Positions 13,305 through 25,629 of a stretch of DNA of 64,000 nt are shown in pieces. This stretch comes from Eledone cirrhosa (lineage: Eukaryota), in NCBI GenBank assembly GCA_964016885.1, contig OZ024740.1:96782001-96846000 (forward strand), given 5' to 3'. The notes under the pieces were generated by a model that saw nothing but the letters and a program-made list of their open reading frames with translations, was not told where the DNA came from and made no database searches. Within the stretch, counting starts at the first letter, position 1. Each line of letters starts with the position of its first letter. The translations under genes and the position numbers were made by a program.

Positions 13305-14218
13305 CTCGTCCGGCTGGCGACCGGCTAGGTATACCCCTCCACACCAGTGCAAAGATACTGCACGGCCTCTCGAATTCACATTGTCGTTCCGTGGACATAT
13401 CAAGGGGGCAGCTATAGTGGTGACTCATTTCTCACGCGTGAAAAATACCAACACCACCACGACAGGAATGCTCAACGACCATAATCACTTGGTTCCGTGG
13501 TAAAAGTTACAACTCTGGTGTTGGACCATTAGTTTTGTCACAATCCTGCTATTGTCGCACTGGTTGTGAGGGCTTTCTAAAAGATCTGATGCAGGCCTAC
13601 CGCCAGGCGCTATCCGGCTGGGCCTGCTAGTTTAATGTACTGGCATTTAACATAGCAAGGAATATAGCGGTGATTTCGGCTGAATGCGTCAACATGCTGC
13701 TTGATTGTCTTCATGTTCTCCGTTGTTACCAGCTTGACCCTCACTGACCTATATTTACCCCTCCAGTAAACATGCCCATCTCTTCTTTCTTTGTAAATCT
13801 GGATGAAATGCTAGTGGCAAATGCTATTGAAGTTTTGAGATTTCTTTAAATTTTCTTCAGTTATCACGCATAAGCGTGCAAATACACGTAAAGCATTTCC
13901 GTTATTAAGATGAAGTGAATACCACTTTAATTTTCTGAAAAGAAAGTCTAAAGTAACTTTAACATCCAAGAAGATCGTCGTCGTTACATAATAGCGCTTG
14001 TTTTCGAAGACAGAAAAAATAAATTGTTCCCTGAATATTTTGATTTTTCAGTCACTGAGACCAACATTCTTATTGATTACTGTAGGCAAACAAGTATTGA
14101 TGATATCCCTGTAACAAATTTTCTGAGAATTGTTCTCCTTATGCCCTCTGAAATATCGGACTCAGTTTTGCAAGGACCTATATGGCACATTGAAAGCTGT
14201 AATGCAATATGGATGCAA

Positions 14219-14542
14219 TCAGATTGGGAACTCACCTACTGAAATCTGGCTTGTTCTGTCTATGATGCCCTCCTGCCTTCTGCACGGAACCTCAGTTGCT
14301 GAAGGCGAGACTGGCGCTGCTTTTGAGACTGGGCTGATGGTATGGCTCTCGCATGAGTCCCTCAGTTGCTGAAGGCGAGACTGGCGCTGCTCTTGAGACT
14401 GGCCTGCTCGATTGGCTCTTGCAGGTGTCCTCATCTCTCGGAGGCGACGATCATGATCATCTTCAGACTCTACTACACTAGTAACAGTTTTTCTTCTGGA
14501 AAATCGGATCTTGCGGCCAGGCCGGGACATTTTGGGAGGCAT
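14219..14542 (-). pseudogene. STPR-like repeat protein fragment, probably a Helitron Rep/Hel N-terminus
   Basis: MPPKMSRPGRKIRFSRR..ESEDDHDRRLREMR..QSQEQRQSRLQQLR. A nucleotide repeat CTCAGTTGCTGAAGGCGAGACTGGCGCTGC occurs at ~14291 and ~14362, a period of about 70 bp, near a 23-aa repeat plus a frameshift. Confidence 0.55.
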
Positions 14543-15008
14543 ATCGGCAGTAACAATGATTGTTTGCTCTTTATGTAGGTGTTATTCAGGGGAGGGTGAC
14601 GCTTAGAAATCGAACAACGAATCAGGTTATGCGGGGTCAATCAAGGGTAATTATTGGCTTCAGTTAAAACGCGTGTGAGTCAAAAGGTCAAAGGGGCATT
14701 GTGTTGTTTATTGAGATTGGTGGTGGTAATCTGTTTGCCACCTACATGGACAGATGGGAAAGGCCAGTTCCATCGATTTCCTTCAATAAATCCATATATA
14801 TATATATGTATAGCTTACGTACCTAGCTTCAATTGGTTAAACAGACAATAAGACGTGTACTTTCGTACAGTCGAACTAAATGTAAACAAATCGCTGCGTA
14901 GTTAACGAAATAAATACAATGTTTTATTTATATTTTGTTTTTTTAGTAGTGTTTTCCGATGTATTGTGTGTTTGTGTATGCAAAAATATCTGTACACGAA
15001 TATATAAC

Positions 15009-15140
<132 letters not shown>

Positions 15141-15750
15141 ATATATATATATAGTAATAAACACCGCAAATTGTTTGTTTAGAATTACGAGGGTTAAGAT
15201 ACTACGTTAGTCTCACAGATTTAACCTGGAGCAAACGAAAAATACAGGATAAAGTGTAAAATGTACAGACCGTTTCAATAACTATTTCATCGCCCGGACA
15301 CATTAGAGGTTTAATCTGTTTTGCCCTGAGAATTGTGTTTGTAACAGATAATCCGTAGGCATCATCAGCGAGAGATAAGATCAAATGAGACAAACATCTA
15401 AAACTAAAAGCTATACGAATGAATATTTCACCTCATGCGCCTGAAGTCCAAAGTGGCGTGAGCGGATCGGCTAGAAACAATAGCCTAAATACACCCAACT
15501 TATAAGCTCACCAAGTTAGGGAGCCGAAATTCAAATAAGAGGCAGAATTAATAACTCATAGTAATACCTGTAATCAACAAGCTCATAGTATAAATACCGA
15601 GCATTATATAATAATATATATAATAATATATATAAAATATATAGTAATAAACACAGTAAATTGTGTGTTTAAAATTACGAGCGTTAAGATACCACGTTGG
15701 TTAACTCGGCTTCTTATATATATTTATATATATTTACATACATATATACA

Positions 15751-15828
<78 letters not shown>

Positions 15829-16359
15829 TGTGTGTGTGTGTGTGTCTGTGTATGTGTGTGTGTGTGTGTGTACGTGTGTGTATGTGCGTGTATACGTAAA
15901 TGTAAAGTACGGGAGTGCAGAAAATGATTTATCGCATATATTTCATAATGGCTCGTCCACGATAAGTAGAGTATTTGACACAGTTTTAAAGCGTCATATT
16001 TGTAGAAGCGCGTGGAAAATGAAAGAGAAACGTTACCATTTATAATTTTCCTAGATGATATGGATGAAATAAAGTCACGTTCAATTGCTGTTGAACTACC
16101 GGATGCACACTTCTTGTATGTACTATCTTCTACTAATATGTGATATTAAATTTCAATTATTACCGTAACTCTGAACATGCATGTTACTTCTCATTAAATA
16201 TATTTAATAGTTTTCCATCAATGGCATATCTTGGCACGTTTATTTTCTTTAACCAAGGAATCGGTGGAATGAAATTTAGTTAGTATGAGATTCATTAAAT
16301 CTAGTTGAAGTAGATTTAAAGATGTTGTAAATTTTCATATAGACACAAATATAAATATG

Positions 16360-16374
<15 letters not shown>

Positions 16375-16391
<17 letters not shown>

Positions 16392-16471
16392 CAGAGAGAG
16401 AGAGAGATAGAGAGATAGGGAGACATACACGACGACGCACGCATACATACATACATACATATACACACATA

Positions 16472-16563
<92 letters not shown>

Positions 16564-16632
16564 TGAGATGGGGAGACATACACGACGACGCACGCATACA
16601 TACATACATACATACATACATATACACACCCA
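16375..16632. repeat. Tandem duplication of a compound microsatellite unit
   Basis: (GA)n-GGGAGACATACACGACGACGCACGCA-(TACA)n-(TA)n occurs twice. Confidence 0.85.
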
Positions 16633-17258
16633 TATATATATATATATATATATATACTATATATACGTATATATATATATATATATATTTATATATAAAA
16701 TATATATAATTATGTATAATATATAATTTACTATATATATGTGTGTGTGTGAGTGTGTATATATATATATGCGGTGGGTTAAAGAAAGACGGAAATATTA
16801 CAATTATTTACTTTAAAGTAAATGTGATATGAGAAATGATATATGTATACTTTTTTGCCATTTCTATTGAAATAATAAATACCAAATAATGCGGAGGTGG
16901 ATGATGTTTTTCATTATACCTACTTCAAAATGATATCATTGTAAAACTGTCAATGTCATTAAAAGTTGGAGAAATCTTTACGTGTTCAGTCTAACTCTAG
17001 GAATATTTCCCTTTCTTTTATTGAAAAAAAAGGTACAGAGAGTGATGCGATCCTAGACGTACGCTCTTTGAAAAAATAGCGACTCCTTTCATTTAATTCC
17101 CAAGCAGGAAATGACATTTCAATTTGAGACAGAGTCCATCCAATGAGACTCCATACAGTTTTTGTCTCCCAAACTTCACTCACGAAGCTTAGGGCTCCCT
17201 GAAACATTTGATACAACAATTACTTAATATGCTCTCTCTCTTTCTCTCTCTCTATCTA

Positions 17259-17303
<45 letters not shown>

Positions 17304-19196
17304 ATATATATGTGTATAACAATATTTATTTTCGCTCTTAACGTGGTGGCTATATATAAAGAAATTACAAGACAAATACATATGCAAAAGTATAAAGTCG
17401 TATTAGTATTAAGCTTAGGAGGAATTAGATTAGAATGCGGTGCTTCGGACGTAAGACTTTCTTCAGGAAATTGAGTGTCCAGAGAGAGACATAGAGAGAG
17501 GGAAAGAGAGATCGGGGGGGGGGTTAAGAGAGATACAGAGGGGTAGCGAGAGAAAACAGGTTGGAAAAGCGGGGTTTATATAATGTATAACTGTCATTGT
17601 ATAAAAAAAAGATAATTCTAAGTAAATTGACGTTATTAATTGGGAGCTGAATTTACATTATTCGGCACAGAGTATTTTATTATTTTACTTTATTTTTTTG
17701 TTATTTCCTGTCGGTATCCGGAAGTTTACGAACGGTGTAGCATAACTACCAACGTTTTAAAATTAATTCATAATAATGATGTATAACACATAAAATGATG
17801 ATGATATGCGGGAGGATATGGGTGAGGCTAAAACAATATAACTAGCAAATGAATGTATATTTTATTAGGAATCGGGTCAGATCAGTCCGTTTGTCACAAG
17901 CGCTGTCAAATAAAATTAGAATACATAAATGGCTATTAAATTGATGTTACAAAAAAAATAAAAAATAATAAAACTGACTGTCATGCACACATTACATGAC
18001 ATGAAATATAGAACCCTTTGAATAGTGTAGTGAGATGCTAAATGTATAGAAAGTCAAGAAAGAGAAGGGAGAAAAATATGCTTTAAGGAAAATTAAAGTA
18101 TCGGCAGACAAATATGTTCAGTGTTTTTCTTTTTTTCATATAATTCTATCTTACTTTATATGTACCCCGGATGCATTTTTGCAAACAGCTCAATTCCATT
18201 AAGCCTTTCTTCCATCTTGACTTGCATAACATTTCCCAATTCATATCTTCCATTTTAAACCGTATTTATTCAGCCTTTGCTATATATATTGTAGTTTGTC
18301 ACGTTACTCCACTTGAATTCATTTTTAGAGTGGTTAATATCAGAAATGGCCTGGTAAAAATCAAAATTATATAAAAGTAACAGTAAAATGTTATATGTAA
18401 TAAATAAGGAACAGCAAAAATATATATGTAATAAATAAGGAACATGAACATTATATATCCGTATATGTAGCTAGGAATATTGATCGACAGATCAAATGTA
18501 TACAGTAGGCAAAAGAATCTGCAGCAAAACTATATATTCGTGAGATATCTGTGCTGATAGATTCTCCATCAGTGTCGACGATGATTACTTAGTTGTTTGA
18601 TCAAATAGAAGCCCATATAGGTAATTTACCGTAAAAGTATTTGAGAATTCCAGCCCATATATAATTCCCTTATCAAATCTACGCCTCAAAACCTGAACAT
18701 TTTGTTTGCATTGCAACCCATCAGTTTCCATACAGTTTTCCTATATGCTATTTGAGTCACAAGTTTTAGGCCGAGCAAAGCTATTGAAAAACATCCTTGC
18801 GCAAGCTACAATGCAGAATGATCAAACACAAGACATGTAAATTGTGTAGCTAGCATCTTAAATACTTTGCCATACATGCACTCACACTTATGTGTATATT
18901 ACATCACTAAAGTCCTAGGAAAAAAGTGTCCTGTTACTATATCGGGGAAATATCTGTTCTTGTTATTATTAATATCTGTTATTGGTGTTTGGCTTTAGAT
19001 CAACATTCATTGTTTCAACACTTCATTTTAAAGAAGATTTGAAGGATAGTAAAGCCTTGGTAGAAACTATTAAATTTAAAAAGCTAATTGTATTCAAAAT
19101 ATATGCTTGAGCAATGCTTCTCGAAATAAAGATTTTTTCATATAAATTGTGTTGGATGCTTGAAGCGTCCGTATGCGGTAGGCCGTTTGAGCACTC

Positions 19197-19246
<50 letters not shown>

Positions 19247-20319
19247 GGAAAAAGCATACACATTAAATATATATATATAAACAATAGAGGAAACATAATA
19301 GTACCACTCATGATGTCACGGATGTGGAATGAAAGAAATTTGAGAGACTATATACTACATATATATATATATATATTCATTACGTATATATATATTTATA
19401 TATGTATTTTTAACCGTTGGTCAATCAATGATAAACATTGATTGCCTGATAAATTAATTATGGAGATATAAAAGATACAGAAATGATAAACCAATCCAAA
19501 CTAAACAGTGAGTGTGTTTTATTATTATTTTTTGCAATATTATAAAAATTAAAACCTCCCTCAATATAGCTATATATATATATATATAAGGAGTATAACC
19601 GAAGTTGCAGCTGTCACGAAGCATTCAATGAGTGAGTAATTGATAGATTTCTCTTCAGAATGAGCACAAACGGTTAAGGAATAGTGACAACATGAATAAA
19701 CCGACCACAGGCATGTTGTCACAATAATCAGTAATTCAACATATGTGTGCATGTGTGTGTGTTTTATGTTACTGGTACTGTTTGGTTTCGAACCCTTCAT
19801 TTCTCTTTGTTATCGCCTCGTCTGTGAACACGTTTCATCACTATCAATATGTATAGCTTGGAGTCACCTATACATACTATGTAGGAAGATGGTCGAAAGA
19901 AAACATTTAATTTGTAATAAGGGTATTACATCGAATCATTTCGTATTCATATCCCATTTTATCATCGTTTTAAGATGATATTGACGCCTACCATTTATGA
20001 CTTCACGAAATGTTCTGCAGGTAATAGTTATTATATTGGTTAATAATATATATAATAATTTCTTTTCATCTGCATCTTCAGTAATTTCATACTAGAGAAG
20101 GAAAAGTTGGATTAAATGACTCAGCATATTACTGGTGTTAATTTTATAGTCTGCTGAGAAGAACACAAGCTCAAACATGAAACTATTGATGACCCAAATG
20201 AAAATAATCTATTATACATATAATGCACTAATGTAGTTATTATGATCTGCGCAACGTTTCCAGAAAACGCATGGCTTAATGATTAGAGCTTCAAATCATG
20301 TGTTTGTGATTTTGTGTTT

Positions 20320-20530
20320 TACGTTGCTCCAGATCACCCACCTGTAACATTGACATGCGATGTCATGGTTGCCAAGTTGTATCAGCCCATGCAATTCTCT
20401 TGGACAAGATGGCTGAGGTAGAGTGAGGTGACATGTATGCATGCACGATTGCCGGTCTTCCACAAACAAATTTGCCCGGATATGCTCTTTGGAGGGGAAC
20501 TTTCTAGGTGCAAATCCCATGGTCAAAGAG
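20320..20530 (+). mobile_element. Degenerate SINE (family S3); homolog at 39050-39262
   Basis: Both copies share CCAAGTTGTAT, TTCCACAAACAA..TTGCCC.GA.ATG..TTGGAGGG.AAC.TTCTAGGTGC.AATC. Confidence 0.6.
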
Positions 20531-20555
20531 ATGTCTTTACGCTATACACACAGAA

Positions 20556-20816
<261 letters not shown>

Positions 20817-20917
20817 TCAGGTTATCAATAATGTAGTGATAATATATCGTTACGTTAGAGATGAACAGCGTACGTGCAGGTTTGCTCAACGAGTATAAAT
20901 TATATTCCGGAGAAATG

Positions 20918-21717
20918 TAGAAAGGATGAATATAAAATGAAAGTGCTTTTGTTAAAAAAGGAATTTATTAGGTATTGACATATGTTTCTGTAACAGACCG
21001 AATACCTATGTATCGCTGCTTGCGTAATCATATAATGTTAGCAAGTATTCGATAGCAAATGTATAATCAGTTGTCACTTCTTCAGAGATTTTGGATAAAC
21101 TGGATAAAATCAGAAAAATTGAAGTATTTATATTAGTAAAAGACGAAGGAACAGAGGGGATAGAATATGACAGATGGTAAAATAATTTACTGCTAAACAA
21201 GTACATAATGGGTTTTTAATGAGAATACCATGAGTAAATCTAAATAAGAATTTTGGGAGTGCCAATTTTAATCTCTACTTGACCAACTGGACAGTGGACA
21301 GGGCTGGTCATTTGGTGCAGTAGTATTAATGACCAGCCCTGTCCACTGTCCAGTTGGTCAAGTAGAGATTAAAATTGGCACTCCCAAAATTCTTATTTAG
21401 ATTTACTTATGGTATTCTCATTAAAAACCCATTATATACTTGTTTAGCAGTAAATTATTTTACCATCTGTCATATTCTATCCCCTCTGTTCCTTCGTCTT
21501 TTACTAATATAAATACTTCAATTTTTCTGATTTTATCCAGTTTATCCAAAATCTCTGAAGAAGTGACAACTGATTATACATTTGCTATCGAATACTTGCT
21601 AACATTATATGATTACGCAAGCAGCGATACATAGGTATTCGGTCTGTTACAGAAACATATGTCAATACCTAATAAATTCCTTTTTTAACAAAAGCACTTT
21701 CATTTTATATTCATCCT

Positions 21718-21722
<5 letters not shown>
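20918..21722. repeat. Near-perfect foldback: 395-bp arms, 15-nt loop
   Basis: 20918-21312 is the reverse complement of 21328-21722, with two mismatches noticed. ORFs 21006-21206(-) and 21440-21634(+) encode essentially the same peptide. Confidence 0.97.
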
Positions 21723-21750
<28 letters not shown>

Positions 21751-21756
<6 letters not shown>

Positions 21757-21895
21757 GAAAAAGAGATGAAATCGAAAATGCAACTGGAGTCTTATTTTTT
21801 TTTTAAGTATATATATTTATTTGGTTCCTTTACCGGTTTCGCAGTTCTTCTGCTTTTCAAACGGTGAGTTAAGATGGAGGGTCTGTGGTTTTTCT
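21751..21895 (-). mobile_element. PLE-type terminal segment with a degenerate HHR; homolog at 58910-59046
   Basis: Both copies share ATGAAATCGAAAATGCAACTGGAGTCTTATTTT..TTTGGTTCCTTT.CCGGTTTCGCAGTTC and both abut (TA)n. Confidence 0.6.
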
Positions 21896-22077
21896 CACAT
21901 CTGGTTGGTCTCTGAATGTTACTTGTTTTATATGGAAAAAGTGGCTCGAAATGCCAGGTTTTTCGAGAAGTAATTTGATTGGTTTGTCAATAATTATAAT
22001 AAATTTCGCGCCAGTTCGCGTTACAATAGTTCTTCAAATAAGAAGGGGGTTTGTCATAGGTTGTTTTTTCATATATG

Positions 22078-22735
22078 AGTGTTTGAATTTCTTTTTACTT
22101 GAAAAAAGGGGCTCACGAAGGCTTTTTTGTTGTTGTTTATAAATGAAATTATGGCTGTCACGGGAACAAGTTTTCATTAAATGTTCGTGCCCTTATTTGG
22201 AACTCCATTCTGCAGCCTTTTTAGAGAATTTTATGATAAGTGAAAGATAATGGTCAAGAGAAAGGGATGGGAGAATTGTTCTGGTTCAGTGAATATGGTT
22301 AGATCGCTGGGGTGTCAGAATTCAGATTTTCTATTGAATAAAGAAAGTAAAGATATGTATGTTTATTTGTGTGCTTGTGTGTGTGCGCGCGTGTGTGTGT
22401 GTGTGTTGTGTGTGTGTGTGTTTGAATTTCTTTACTTAAAAAAAAGGTGGCTCACGAAGGCTTTTTTTTAATAAACGTGATTTGATTGGTTATGAATGAA
22501 ATTTGGCTGTCACGTGAACAAGTTTTCATTACATTTACGCGCCCTTATTTGGAAATCTATTCTGTAGCCTTTATAGAGAATGTTATGAGAAGGGAAAGAT
22601 AGTGGTCAAGAGAAATGGGATTGGAAGAATTGTTCTGGTTCAGTGAATATGGTTAGTTTGCTGGGGTGCCAGAGTTCAGATTTTCTATTGAAGTAAAGAT
22701 ATGTATGTTTATTTGTGTACTTGTGTGTGTGTGTG
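22078..22735. repeat. Diverged tandem duplication, ~340 bp unit
   Basis: GTTTGAATTTCTTT..GGCTCACGAAGGCTTT..GTAAAGATATGTATGTTTATTTGTGT starts at ~22080 and again at ~22420. Confidence 0.9.
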
Positions 22736-22761
22736 TGTGTCTGTGTGTGTGTATGCATGTG

Positions 22762-22808
<47 letters not shown>

Positions 22809-23285
22809 TGGAAGATGATTCTATTTGTAGAAATGGGGGAGGGAGTTGTGTGTGTATATGGGTGTTATGTGTGTGCGTGCGAGTATGTTAAGATGGAGAG
22901 AATATATATTTTGTGTGTGTGTATATATGTGTGTAGGAAAGTGGTTCTATTAGTAGAAATGGGGGAGGGAGTTGTGGGTGTACGGGTTGTTATGGGTGTT
23001 ATGTGTGTGGGAGTATGGTTAGCATGTTAAGATGAAGAGAATATATATATATATATATATATTGTGTGTTTGTGTGTGTGTGTGTAGGAAAATGATTCCT
23101 TTAGTAGGAATATTTTTGAATGAACATATTGTCTTTACTTATTCGTATTTGTTCTGTTGTATTGTCAGTGCAAACGTATGTTAATGTTTATTTAGTTTGG
23201 GTTTTTATTTTCTAAAGTAGAAGGTGTTATGTGTGTGTATGTCATATTATGGAGTTGACATAATGTATATTAAACCATATTTAAT

Positions 23286-23474
23286 TGTTTCTACTATTGG
23301 CACAAGGCCAGAAAATTACCCAGTACATTACTGGTACTTTATTTTATCGACCCCGTAAGGATGAAAGGCAAAGTTAACCTCGGCGGGATTTGAACTCAGA
23401 ATGGCAAGGGCCGTAACTCTATGCGTCAAAGCATGGGGTCCGAACCTCTACCGATACTGCCAATCCACCGCCAT
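23286..23474 (-). mobile_element. Full S1 SINE with a 20-bp target-site duplication
   Basis: TATATTAAACCATATTTAAT at 23266-23285 and 23475-23494. Confidence 0.92.
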
Positions 23475-23677
23475 TATATTAAACCATATTTAATGCTGGT
23501 GTATATGTTTGAATAAATATATTTTCCTTATTTATTCGTATTTGTTCTGTTGTATTGTTAGCGCAAAGGTAAAATGGGAAGATTTGGAATTTGGGTGTCT
23601 TATTACTTGCGTAAATGTCTAGATGTGCACTTAGTGGTATCTGTCTCGTGGTTGGATCTCGTAATTGTTGGCGATGA

Positions 23678-24394
23678 ACATTTAGGGTACATAATTGTCA
23701 AAGGCATCATGTGGAGAGTCAGGAGTTAAAAATATGTTCCGCTTGAAATAACACAATTACAGGCAGCACTGGTTAGAAGTGTAATAGGTATAAGTAAAAG
23801 TAAAAAGTAAAAAGCACAAGCCAAAAATTCACAAGCAAAATAATTCGGAGGAATTTACATTTAACAAACAAACACCTATTGAATACAAACGAAATAACTA
23901 ATCCCATTCTTAATAGATGTGAGTAACAAACAACACATGCAGATAAATACGCCCTACAGCACATAAAACATTTAAATGAAAATCACATACCCAACTCTAT
24001 CTAGTGCTTTGCATTACACTTTACATAAACAATAGCCACATTATCACCACACGCCTCTCTTACAAATTGCACAGTATGTTAAACATTTATAACAAATATA
24101 ACATGCTTGAACACCCCACACCAGATATATTTATTTCAACTGCATTATACATCTTTCCTCATACATGCATTATTGACTGTATTGACTCCTGCATTGTACA
24201 CCAATTGTCCTTGCTTATAACTTCTTTGCCTGTGTGTTTTTGCTTCTGCTTTTTTCATTTTACTTTTACTTATACCTATTACACTTCCAACCAGTGTTGC
24301 CTGTAATCGTGTTATTTCAAGCGGAACATCTTTTTAACTCCTGACTCTCCACGTGATGCTTTTGACACTATTAACAACTATGTACTCTAAATGT
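23678..24394. repeat. Diverged inverted repeat: ~160-bp arms, ~390-bp spacer
   Basis: GGAGAGTCAGGAGTTAAAAA..GTTCCGCTTGAAATAACAC..AATAGGTATAAGTAAAAG versus its reverse complement at ~24225-24394. Confidence 0.9.
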
Positions 24395-24656
24395 GCTAAA
24401 TAACTAGGATTCTAGTTACATATTGTCGACATTCCTTATGCTCCGATGACACTAGATTTCCCTCTTTAAGAAACAATTGTCAGGTAATAAATGTTCTAAA
24501 CTAAAATGTTATCGTTTTAACAATTTGTATCTCGGCTCTGTGAATCACTTGACAATTTGCATTGAGCCTTTTGTCATACAGGTAACCGGCTAGTACTTAA
24601 TACTACCCTATATATTTATAGTTATATCAAACATATATAAATATAAATATTCTTGT

Positions 24657-24700
<44 letters not shown>

Positions 24701-24707
24701 TTGTATT

Positions 24708-24752
<45 letters not shown>

Positions 24753-25415
24753 ATGTGTGCGTGTATACAGGGAAAGGGAAAGAGAGGAGATGTGTCGACA
24801 GATTGTGGTGTAGATAGATAGAGATAAAATGTGTAAGTGATATTTTAAACCCACACTGATGAAACTTTGCAAACGTTGTCAATATTTTCCCTGAAAATCG
24901 TAAATGCTTTAAATAAACGCGTAGATAAAACGAACAAACATTACTTGTATGATAATGCAATGTGTCAGGGTGAGTATACGTTTATAAATCTCCAACTCAT
25001 TTCTGCAACAGTGATTACTCAGTGTTTCCTTATTTCACGAATATTGATTTAACACTAACATCGTTCTATGGAATATATTTAAGGGAACACAATTGTTAAA
25101 GATCTTCGGAAAAGGAGCACCGATTTGAGCTTAACACCATTGTATGAGACCTTCAGAAGTATCAGAAATATTGCACTTTCAAATACTATCTTTATTCTCG
25201 TATCGCGAGTATAAAGAGCAGATCGATAATGGAGTTGCGTCTATAAATCCTATGTGTGACCATGAGCCTTCCTCAGCAACGCGCGCGTAACAGTTCAATA
25301 CACAATAGAAATCAAAATACAACAAAACGAAACTCCATCGTTTTTTTAATATATACACTCTGCCTGTGCATAGAGAGCTTGTTTTGGTACCACAACCAGT
25401 AATTCACCTACAATT

Positions 25416-25565
25416 TATAAATCCCGACGAGGACAGCTTTGCCTTTCATCTATACAGGGTCGATAAATAAAGCACCATTAATTCAATGGGCCTGATCTAA
25501 TCGACATTCCGCTCACCCAAATTGCTGGCCTTGTGCCTATAGTAGAAATCATTATTATTATTATT
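25416..25565 (+). mobile_element. S1 SINE 3' part with (ATT)n tail, immediately before the Tx1 stack
   Basis: TTTGCCTTTCATC..GGGTCGATAAATAAAG..GCTGGCCTTGTGCCTATAGTAGAAATCATTATT. Confidence 0.8.
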
Positions 25566-25629
25566 GATCTCTTCGAACGTCTTTTTTGCTCGCTCCCAGT
25601 AAGTCGCTTTATGTACCTATTATAATTAT

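Noticed and set aside
21006-21634. Duplicated peptide on opposite strands, as a possible gene pair
   Set aside because: A consequence of the foldback; no coding signature.
22810-23110. CRISPR-like repeat-spacer pattern (GTAGAAATGGGGGAGGGAGTTGTG)
   Set aside because: Two to three degenerate tandem units with GT-rich filler in eukaryotic DNA; no unique spacers or cas genes.
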